A DNA stretch of 64,000 nucleotides from NCBI GenBank assembly GCA_013239625.1, contig MU056050.1, positions 6,649,838 to 6,713,837 on the forward strand, written 5' to 3'. The notes under the pieces were generated by a model, which had not been told where the DNA came from, made no database searches, and was given only the letters and a program-made list of their open reading frames with translations. Shown piece by piece: positions 11,960 to 22,500 of this stretch. The stretch is from Lama guanicoe. Lineage: Eukaryota. Each line of letters opens with the position of its first letter. The stretch's first letter is position 1. The translations under genes and the position numbers were made by a program.

Positions 11960-14110
11960 AATTCGACCTATTGACCAAATTAACCAAACTGACATTTATA
12001 GAACACTCCAACCAGCACAGCAGAATATATATATATTTCAAATGCACATAGAACATTTACCAATAAACATCATATTTTCAGCCACAGAACAAATCTTAAT
12101 GTATTTTAAAGGATTCAAGTCATAAAAAGTATATTCTCTAATTACAATTGAAATAAATTAGAAGTCAGTAAAAGGAATATTTCTAGAAAATCCCCAAATA
12201 TTTGGAAACCAAATAACATGTTGCTAAATAACCCATAAGATCAAAGAAGAAATCAAATGGAAAATTGCAAAGAATTTTGAACTGAAAGAAAATTTTAAAA
12301 CAGTATATGAAAATTTTTGAGATGTTGAGAAAGCACTACTTGAAGGAGGATGTATAGTAGTAAATGCTTATATTAGAAAAGAAGGAAATTTTCCAGTCAG
12401 TGACCTCAGCTCCAACTTAAAGATACTAGAACAGTAAGAGCAAATTAAACCTCAAGTAAGCCCAAGAAATGAAATACATTAGAAATCAACAGAATTGATA
12501 AAACTCTAGCCAGTCTTATCAGGAAAAAAAAGTGTGAAGACACAGATAACAATATTACCAATGAGAGGTTACATCATTGCAGATTCTGTAAATATTAAAA
12601 GTAAATTTTGTGAATAACATCATGCCAATAAATATAAAATGCATATAAAATGGACAAATCCCTTAAAAGATACAAACTACCAAAGCTCACTCAAGGGAAA
12701 AAACACCTGTATAGCCCTATACCTACTAAAGAAAACCGAATCTTTAGTTAACAGTTATCCCACAAAGAGGGGAGTGGGTATAGCTCAGTGGCAGAGCGCA
12801 TGCTTAGCATGCAAAAGGTCATGGGTTCAGTCCCCAGCATCTCCATTAAAAGGAAAAATTGTCCCACAAAGAAAACTCGGATGGCTTCACTGGTAAATTC
12901 TACAAATATTTCATAAAGATCTAGCTCCAATTCTACACAATCTCTTCCAGGAAAAACTGAAGAGGAAGGAATTACAAGATAAGAAAACCACAGACCATTA
13001 TCCCTCATGATTAGATGCAAAAAGATAAACAATCAACAAATGGTGCTGAGACAACTAGATATCCACATGCAGAACGTATTTAGACCTCTTCTCATGCCCT
13101 ATGCAAATTTAACTCAAAATGGATCATAGAACTAAATGGAAGCACTATAAAACACATAGAATAAAATGGAGGGATAATTGGGGTAGGCAAGGCTCCTTAA
13201 ATACAACACCAAAAACACAAGTGACAAAAAAAAAGAGAAAGATTACATCAAAATTTAGAACTTTTGTGCTTCAAAGGACAGCATCAAAAAATGAAAAGAG
13301 AACCCACAGAATGGGAGAAAATATTTGCAAATCATGTATCTGATAAAGGATTTGTATCCAGAATACAAAGAAATCTACAACTTAATAATAAAAAGATAAT
13401 TAACCCAATTAAAAATTGGACAAAGGATCTGAATAGATGTTTCTCCAAAGAAGACAAGCAAATGACTAATAAAATAAGCACATGAAAATATGCTCAACAT
13501 CTTAGTCACTAGGAAGAAAATCAAAACTATATTGAGATAATACTACTCCACATTCACCAGAAGAGATATAATAAAAAAGACAGACAATAGCAAAGTTTTG
13601 ACAGGGATGTGGAAAATCTGGAAGCCTCATACATTGTCAGTGGGAATGCAGAGTGGTGCGGACACATTTTAAAATGGGTTGGCAGTTCATTACCGTATGA
13701 CCTAGCAATCTTACTCCTAGGTATATAGACAACAGAAGTGAAAATATAAGTCCACAGAAAAACCTGTACACAAATGTTCACCATGCATATAATATAAAAA
13801 ATAATACCATCATGATACATCATAATAGTGAAATGTGGGAACAATCCAAATATCCATCAACTGATGAATAATAGATAAGTAAAATGTGCTAGATCTATAC
13901 AATGGAATTTATTCTAAAATAAAAAGGAATCAGAAATTGATACATGCCGTAACATGGATTAACCTTGAAAAATTATGGTAAGTGAAAGAAGTCAGCCACA
14001 AAATACCACATGTTGTATGGTTCCATCCATATGAAATGTCCAGAATAGACAAATCTATAGAGACAGGAGATAGATTAAATGGATGCCTACAGTTGGGAAG
14101 GGTTGGGAGG
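11960..14110 (+). mobile_element. Further old L1 ORF2 and 3' fragments
   Basis: ORF 13264..13485 (EWEKIFANHVSDKG...NPIKNWTKDLNR) is an L1 ORF2 remnant. Confidence 0.82.
12769..12857 (+). mobile_element. tRNA-derived SINE (camelid vic-1 type)
   Basis: GGGG..GGTATAGCTCAGTGGCAGAGCGCATGCTTAGCATGC..GGGTTCAGTCCCCAGCATCTCCA with A/B boxes; TSD core TCCCACAAAGA. Confidence 0.88.
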
Positions 14111-14112
14111 GG

Positions 14113-14940
14113 TGTCTAGGATATGTGATTTTTTTCCACACCGCCAAGCAATTTTCCAATTCTCAGTGGACACTGACAGGGTATCCCACAAATTTAACTC
14201 AATTCTGACACTGTCTATTTGGAGATAGCACCTGATCCCATAGGTTAAGACCTCAGTCCCACAAGACTGTTCCCACCTCACTCCAGATGCTAATTCACAA
14301 GTCCAGGTTGTTACCTGTGATTCTGACCACTGACTATAAATCTAAGGTTCCCACGATCCCCTCCTCAGGTTCAATTATTTTGCTAGAGTGGCTCACAGAA
14401 CTCAAAAAAACACTTTACTTACTAGACTACTGGTTTATTATAAAAAGATGTACCTCTGGAATAGCCAGACTGGAAGAGATGCAAAGGGCAAGAAGGTATG
14501 TGGGAAGGGATGTGGAGCTTCCATGTTCTCTGGACATGCCCCTATCCCCATATCTTCATGTGTTCACCAATCCAGAAGCTCTCTGAAACCTGAATTTTGG
14601 GGGTTTTTACAGAGACTTCATTACATATATATGATTGATTAAATCATTGGCTATTAGTGATTGAATTCCATCTCCAGCCCCCACTCTCCCTAGAAGTCGG
14701 CGGAGGAGGACTGAAAGTTCCAACCCCTTATCATGGTTAGTTTCTCATCAGTCAGCTCCGACCTTTAGATTACTTAGGGGCTTTCCAAAGTCACCTCATT
14801 AACATAAACTCAGTGTGGTTGAAAGGGGCTCCTTATGAATGGCAGAAAGGCACTCCTATCACTCAAAAAATTCGAAAAACGTTGGTAGCTTTGTGCTGGG
14901 ATCCAAGGACAAAGATCAAATATATTTCCTATTATACAAC
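14113..14940. mobile_element. MER21-like ERVL solo LTR inserted in an L1 3' UTR
   Basis: aactcaattctgacactgtcta...cagtcccacaagactg; ctagagtggctcacagaactca; TG...CA ends. Confidence 0.8.
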
Positions 14941-15074
14941 AAGGGGGTGATGGCTAAAGGGTATGACGTTTGTTTTGGGAGTGATGAAAATGTTCTAAAA
15001 TTTATTGTGGTAGTGGTTGCACAACTGTGTGAATATACTAAAAATCATTGGATTGTACACTTAAAAACAAAAAA

Positions 15075-15485
15075 AGAATGAATTACTGATATACAGAATA
15101 ATCTAAGTGAACCTCTAGTGAAAAGTATACTCCCAAGAAGTTGTATGCTGTATGATTCTATTTATGTAACATCCTTGGAATGACAAAATTATAGAAATGG
15201 GGAGCTGATTAGTGGTTGACAGGAGTTAAGGAGGAGGCAGGAGTGAGAGGAAAGCAGGTGTGCTGCAAAAGGGCAACATGATCGATCCTTGTGCTGATGG
15301 AAGTTTTCTGTATTTTGACTATCAATATCAATATCCTGGTTGTAATATTGTATGAGAGTTTTGCAAGATGTTATATTAGGGTAAACTGGGTAAAGGATAC
15401 ACAGGATCTCTCTGTATTATTTCTTATAATTGTATGTGAATCTACAATTATCTCAAAATTAAAAGTTTAATTTAAAAAAGAATAA
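15075..15485 (+). mobile_element. L1MC-like 3' end
   Basis: gggtaaaggatacacaggatctctctgtattatttctt...tgaatctacaattatctcaaaat. Confidence 0.75.
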
Positions 15486-15508
15486 AATGGCATCATGGAT
15501 ATAAAACA

Positions 15509-15864
15509 GTATTAGTCTATTCAGGTTGCTATAAAAAAAGACCACAGGCTGGCTGGCTTCTTAACAACGGAAATGTATCTCTTGCAGTTCTAGAGGCTGG
15601 TAGTCCAAGATCAAGGTATCATCATGATAGGGTGAGAGCTCTCTTCCTGGTTCATGGCCAGAATCTTATTGCTATGTCCTCACATTGTGGAAAGTGGCAA
15701 GGGAGCTCTCTGGGGCCTCTTTTATGAGGGCACTAATTCCACTGATGAGGGCTCCACCCTCATGACCTAATCACCTCCCAAAGCCCACCCTCCAAATACC
15801 ATCATGTTGGGATTAGGATTTCAACATATGAATTTGGGGGGACATAAGCATTCAGACCATAGCA
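15509..15864 (-). mobile_element. MLT1A-like MaLR LTR
   Basis: gtattagtct...gagggctccaccctcatgacctaatcacctccca...cattcagaccatagca. Confidence 0.82.
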
Positions 15865-15949
15865 AGCACTCTATAAATTCAAAAGTTATGTACAAATAAT
15901 AATTATTATGCATCCTTAATGAGAATGAATACCATGGACTCTCATGACT

Positions 15950-18400
15950 ATTCATTCACTAATTCAAAAAACACTTATTGAATCTCTACTATATTCAAGG
16001 ACTAGGTTAGTTGCTGCAGGGCATACAACATCATGAATTTATGTAAAATCACAATTATTGCCATGTTGCAAATTTTGGCTGAGCTTGGGTCTGTTTTGTG
16101 AAATGTAAGCCAGTTGAAATATAATCATACTGGTTGGGGGAAGGATATGTTTTTATTTTACTAATAATCATTAGTAGCTCTAATCAAGATCAAAGGTTCT
16201 TAACTAATTATATTTCACTACTCCTCTACCCAACTACATACTTGATTTCTCCACTTAGATATCTTGTTCTCATACTTCAAATGTATAAAACTGAACTTTT
16301 GGTCTCACTCCCCAAATCTGTCCCTCCATCACTAGTCTTAATAAATAATCTACTGCACTTGTTCAAGCCAGTAATGTAGGCATAATCTTTCTCTTTCTCT
16401 TACCTCCTATATTCCTCTGGTGGGCCCACCAATGACTCCATCTCCACAGCCATCACCCTATTCCAAGCCATCATCATCTCTCCCTGTCCTATACCATAGC
16501 TTCCTGACTGGTCTCTCTGCTTCCACTTGTGCCCCACTCTAATTCATTCTCCACATCCCAGCAAAGTGATGTTATTGAAATTTAGATGATGTCACTCTCC
16601 TACATAATCCCCTTATTTCTGGCCCATTTTATATAGAGTAAAATTCAAATTCCACCATGGTCTACAAGGCCCTACAAGATCTGAACCCTGCCCACCTCTC
16701 CATCTCCTGTTATATTTACCTTCTTGTTCACCACCATTCAACCACACTGGCCTTTCAGTTGCTAGAATATAATAAGCTCTTCCCAAGCCAGGGGGCTTGG
16801 ATACACACTGTTTCCTTTGCCCAGAACACTCATCTCCAGTTCCCCTCAGTGCTGGCTCCTTCTCCTCTTCTAGGTCTCAGCTGAAACCGTGCATTGACTG
16901 TTCCATAATTCTATATAAAAGAGAAATGGGGCAGCAATCTGGTTAGAGCTAGGAAGGGGAAATACCTAGGGGACTTGTCTCAAAGCTGCATTTGCATAGC
17001 AAACACACCGTCTTTACTTAGATTAAGTATAAATCAATAAAAATGTCAATATTTTCTTAAAATGCTTTTATTCATACTTTATATAAGATTAAGAGAACAT
17101 CATCTGCCCATAAGAATACAATTTGGATTGCTGCAAGCAATTTCAACAGGTTGAAGAGGTAGACAGGACTAAAGAGTTTTTTAAAATTTTATCTTGAAAG
17201 TGATGAGGGTCTATTTGCATCATGTAAGTAGGGGCATGACATGATCCAACTTATGTGATTGGATGAAGAGAGAATAAAGACTAAAAAGCCAGTAAAAATA
17301 AGTATTAATGCTCACATTTATTGAGCATTTTAATGTGTGACAAATGTTATTTTAAGGGCTTGACATTTATTCTAGTGCTTTATGTATATTAATTTATTTG
17401 GTCCTCACAACTATCCAAAATATTATTATAATTCCCATTTTAAAGATGAGGAAACAAAGGCACAGAGAGGTTAACTGACTTACTCAAGAATTACAAAGCT
17501 AGTAAGGAGCAGAGATAAGATTGGAACCCAGGGAGTCCAGTTCAAAATCCATGCTCTTTGTCAATATGCTTTAATGCTCCCTTTTTCTATAACAGATTTA
17601 GGGTCATGCAACGGGCTTGAAATTGCAAGGGTCTAATACAAAAGCAATGATAGAAAGGTGGGGAGATACATGAGAGATTTAGGAAGTAAAACTGACAGTG
17701 TGAGGGAACCACTGTGAAGCATAAGGGAGAGAGGAATCTAAGAAGACTCAGATTTCCAACTTGACTAACCTGGTAGTTGACCATGCCCGTAATAGAGGTG
17801 GGAAATACAGAAATCTGGTAGAAAAGATAGAAAAGAGATACTAGTCTGGAGTTCAAGAAAGAGATCTGGGCTAGAGATGTAGATTTTTGGAGTCCTCATA
17901 CAAGTGTTAAAGACTTAGGAAGAACATTTGGGATAAACAAACAGCACTGAGTACTGAACCTAGAGAACATCATTATTTAGGAAATAAGTACAGAAAAATT
18001 ATCCATCAGAGAAGACAGAGGAAGATGGTCATAAAGCTAAGATACCAGGAGAGGGGTAACACGGAAGCCCAGGATGGAGTTTCAACAATGACAAAACTGT
18101 CTTTAATCTCACTAGAAAGTAGACTCTAAAAGGCATGGAACAAGTCTGTTTTGTTCATTAATGTATCTGCAATGCCGAGAGGCCTGGCACATTAGTAGAC
18201 GGTCAAAAACATTCTCTGAACATGACTAAGAAAACAAACCAACAGTTTCAAATACCACACAGAGTTCTGAGAAGACAAGGACTGAGAAGAGTTCGTTTTA
18301 TTTAGCAATCTTGGGTGTCACGGATGATCTTGTCCAAAATAGTTTCGGTGGAATGGTGGGGTGAAAGCAAAATGGGAGTGGCTGCAAAGAATAAATATCA
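15950..18400. mobile_element. Cluster of ancient L2 fragments, with a MIR at ~17310-17570
   Basis: L2 motifs (cattcattcactaa; tggtctctctgcttccact; ggcctggcacattagtag); MIR core attttaaagatgaggaaacaaaggcacagagagg. Confidence 0.65.
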
Positions 18401-18689
18401 AAGATGTTCTCTTGTATTACTTTTCTACATTTTTTTATTAAAAAAATTCTTACAAGTTGATGGGAGATGAGGAAGTTGCAAGCACTGGCATCCTTGGATG
18501 AAACTTTGTTATGTAGGGAAGCAGGAACCCAGTGCTGCAATTACAAGAAGGCACAGGGTGAAAGGAGATTTTTTTTCCTTAAGACGGGAGGACAACTTGC
18601 TTTGTCCACCTTCAGATCTCCAGGGCCTGGCACAATGCTGACCACTTCCCAGGCGGTCAATAAAGTCCCCAGCTGGCCAGAGGCAGGCT

Positions 18690-18897
18690 CGTGGGACGCT
18701 GTTGATCACGGACAGAGGCTGGAGCCTTTCCTTTTTGGATCAGGCAGGGACAGGAAGGCTCAGCCCAGTCGGCAACCGACAGCGCAGCACCTTTGCACTG
18801 AGCTCACCCACCTGGGCCGCCTGGAAACCCGCTGCCAGAGGACCTACGACTGCGCGCCCGAGAGCTGAGGGGCGGGTGGGGAAATCAAAGCTCCGCC
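18690..18897. promoter_or_regulatory. Distal part of the UTP14A CpG promoter, separated by an L1 insertion
   Basis: CpG-rich; GC box GGGGCGGG near 18869-18876; contiguous with the proximal part once the L1 and one TSD copy are removed. Confidence 0.6.
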
Positions 18898-18910
18898 TGC
18901 TGACAAGTTT

Positions 18911-19324
18911 TTTTTTAATTTTTTATTGATTTATAATCATTTTACAATGTTGTGTCAAATTCCAGTGTAGAGCACAATTTTTCAGTCATACGTGAACATA
19001 TATATATTCATTGTCACATTGTTTTCTCTGTGAGCTACCACAAGATTTTGTGTATATTTCCCTGTGCTATATAGTATAATCTTGCTTATCTATTCTACAA
19101 TTTTGAAATCCCAGTCTATTTCTTCCCACCCCCCATCCCCTTGGCAACCACAAGTTTGTATTCTATGTCTATGAGTTTATTTCTGTCCTGTATTTATGCT
19201 TTGTTTTTGTTTGTTTTTGTTTTTTAGATTCCACATATGAGCGATCTCATATGGTATTTTTCGTTCTCTTTCTGGCTTACTTCACTTAGAATGACCCTCT
19301 CCAGATGCATCCATGTTGCTGCAA
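18911..19324 (-). mobile_element. 5'-truncated lineage-specific L1 (3' UTR plus poly-A tail) in the UTP14A promoter
   Basis: Poly-T tail at left; L1 3'-end motifs (ttttagattccacatatgag; catccatgttgctgcaa); perfect 13-bp TSD TGCTGACAAGTTT at 18898-18910 and 19325-19337. Confidence 0.92.
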
Positions 19325-19337
19325 TGCTGACAAGTTT

Positions 19338-19531
19338 CTATCTCCAGTCTCCCCGTTTCCTGTAGGCCCCTCCCAAAGAGGCTCCAGTTTCTCGCACTCC
19401 TTGGGGCGGGCCGGAAGTGGCTCACCTCGTCGCGCATAATTGGCGGAAGCAGAAATCGCTTTCCGGCTGGCGCAGGAATTGCTTTCTTTCCGGCTTCCGC
19501 TCCTGGCCCATGTGAGAGACCGGCTGCTGAG
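19338..19531 (+). promoter_or_regulatory. UTP14A TATA-less CpG promoter / 5' UTR with GC box and ETS (GABP/ELK-type) sites
   Basis: GGGGCGGG 19403-19410 directly adjacent to CCGGAAGT 19411-19418; further CGGAAG/TTCCGG motifs between 19442 and 19500. Confidence 0.85.
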
Positions 19532-19557
19532 ATGAGCGCGATCCGGGCTTCAGAGAG
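19532..19557 (+). CDS. UTP14A: UTP14A coding exon 1 (MSAIRASE-S), phase 2
   Basis: ATG at 19532 in a CpG-rich promoter; the 26-nt length matches the phase-2 start of exon 2. The donor dinucleotide is GA, not GT. Confidence 0.75.
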
Positions 19558-22500
19558 GAGAGGGGTAGCAGAAGGGAGGGGGGAGGGTCTGGGACTCTTT
19601 GGGGGCCGGGTTCCCCAGCTTTTGAGAAGTGGAGACCGCCTTTTAACAGACGACAACTGTTCCTCTCCCGAGAGCTCGCCATTCGTTACTATTTCTATGA
19701 TCCATCCTTTAAAGTCCTTTTAATTTAATTTAATCCGCACCCCAGCGTTTTACCCTTATTCCTGCTGGTCCTGATGGGGCCTCTCCCTCTCCAGCTAAGT
19801 TAACGTGTTGCACTTTCCTTGTCACGTGACTCCTTTTTCTGCCGCTGACGGGGAGCATTTCAACCCTCCGCGCAGGCAGTGCCTACGTTATAAACTCCTG
19901 TTCTCTTGGAAACCTTTGCTGCTTGGAGTCATCCACATTTTCTTTTCTGATCTTTCATGCCTTCCCTAGGAGAACTGAATGTACTCCGTTTTGTAATGGT
20001 TATGTTGCAAAGACTGATAAATCCTGTTAGGTAATGGTTCAGTCTATAATTTGTTGGGTACCAATCTCCTTAGCTAAGCACCCACTTTGCCAAGCAAGCT
20101 CCAGGGAAAATGGCTTACTCAGCTTCATTTGTCCAAGTCCCCGTTTCCGCATTCCCGGGAACAAGTGATCAAGATGTCACTTTTGAGTAAGCTGCACCTT
20201 TACAAGTGTCTTCCATGTGGAGGATGCTTAGAAATATTAATGGTGAAATACCTTTGCCTCGAGGGCCAGCAGCAGCGTCGTCTGTCACCTTACCTAGGGT
20301 CTGACGTTTTTACAGCCTCCGGGAGGTCAGTGGGAAATGCAGTGCCAATCAATCACTGAAAAGTGTTAGATCTTTTTCATTTTCATGCGGTTCTGTCTGG
20401 GTATTACTAACCACTGCTCACCTCTTCCAGGTGATGCCTGCCTTCTGCAGTCTAAATTTAATGTCTTGACAAATTTCCAGAGATGCTCATATTGCTTGGT
20501 TTGTACATCTTCCAGGGGATAGAACTTTTCTGTGTTGAGAACTGAAGTTATGTTTTAGAGATCATTTCAATATAAGAAAAGTTGTTTAAAGGGCTAGTAT
20601 TTCTCTTTTATCTCCTTTAGTAGCCTTCTGGCTTCAAGCCAACAGGAAGAACTAGAGGATTTGCCAAAAGACTACCCCTTGAGCACCAGTGAAGATGAGG
20701 TGAGTGACAACTGCTAATTCACCTTCTGCAATTTCCCTCCTGCCCCAAAATTAGGGTAAATGCCACATTCCTGGAAAGGAAAGGGGTGGTAACATTGTTT
20801 ATACTTGTTTAGGTGTCCCAAATAAATTACAGGTTTCCACCACTATGCAAAAGTAGAGCATTCCCATGAAACCTTTCATAAGCCAAAATGACATAAAAGG
20901 AAGACGCAATTCCCTTAGGATACATCTTGCTAATGGATATACAAAATAAATTGAGGTAAAGCACAGATTCTCACAGACACAGTTCAAAGCTGTGACGGCT
21001 TAATGCTGAGATGTTAAGCATAGTTTCCGGGAAAGGAGCTTGGTGGTGCCACTCAGGGCGTGCACTGTCTCTATAGGAGCTTGCTGCAAAACAAATGCCA
21101 GACACTGTTTTCATTTTTTGCCCTTTTTTTTTTGGTAAAAAGCAAAAATCCTCTTCAGATTTCGTTCAGTTAGTAAAAACGGGTACTAATGTAGGTCTTT
21201 TGTGAAAGCAAAGTGACATAAAGCAAACTTTCAAAAGGCAGAGGATACCCGTATTCAGTGTTTCACGTATATGATGTTGTATTAAGTGCTATGGGAATTT
21301 GATGACTATATATAAGATACACTGTCCTCAGGTTGCTTAATTGAGTATATAAACACATGGTACTCATTCTATGATTGGATGTCCATAGAGAGTTATTTGA
21401 TTATCTGACTGAATTATATATATGCATAATTAAGCTGGGTCTCCAACAGCTGCTATAGGAATTCCAACTCTTTATTCTTTTGACAAAACTGTTTAAATTG
21501 TTTTTTAATGTCAAGGTTTCTGTGTCAGGTCACACTATATATTCTATACAGAAACATTCTCACAGCACTTTCCTTCTCAAAACAAGTTAGGACAGAGGCA
21601 TGACATTAACTACTTGTTACTAAAGCTCTGTGTTCCTTATGATGAGGGGGTTTGGCTTTTTGAAGCAGTTCTTTCCGTTTGAGCTGGAATGCCTTGTCAT
21701 CAGACCTCATCTGATTTCCCAGTTCTCCACTGACCAAAAGGATAAGAGATTTTACATGAGCCTCAATTTCTGTACTGTCTTTTCCCTCCCTTCATCATTC
21801 TGATAGTTTTTCCTTTTCTGTTTCCAGGGGGACAGTGATGGAGAAAGAAAGCATCAAAAGCTTCTGGAAGCAATCAGTTCCCTTGATGGAAAGACTAGGT
21901 AACAGTCCCTTCAATTTTCAGTCAAATGCTCTTCCCCTGAGCTATACCTCTTCAATTTGGACAAGTTATAACTAGCTGATTCCACGAGACTTATCTACAA
22001 CTAACATTTATTATCAAGTGCTTAATTATGAAGACACAATTGTCAGCATCGTTAATTAAGAACACATACTTTGGAGACCGTATAGTCAAATTTTTGTATC
22101 CTCTCTGCACATCAGTTTCTTCAACTAGAAAATAAGATTAATAATACCTATTTCATAGAGTTATTGTGACATTTCAACAAGTTAATAAATATAAAGATCT
22201 TGAACCAGTACCCAGCATATAGTAAGCATTATAAAAATCATTAGCTATTATTGTGTTAGACCTTTGTACATTTGAATTTTTAATCCACACTTACAGTTTT
22301 GAGTGGACATTAATTATCCCCATTAGAGAAGTTATTTGACATGTTCCAAAGTCATCCGACTAATAAGTGGCAGATCCAGGATTTAAATCCGGATATGTTT
22401 GACTCCAGGTTCAATACCTTTTTCACTATGCCTACGTTGTATTGCCCTGTGTTTTTAAGGAGCTGAGTCTACATTAAGAGATGGTTAGACTACCACGTCC

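Noticed and set aside
19558..19723. Extended exon-1 peptide ([13 protein letters not shown]...PLKSF)
   Set aside because: Intron read-through ending in a stop; no UTP14 similarity and no phase-2 GT donor within it.
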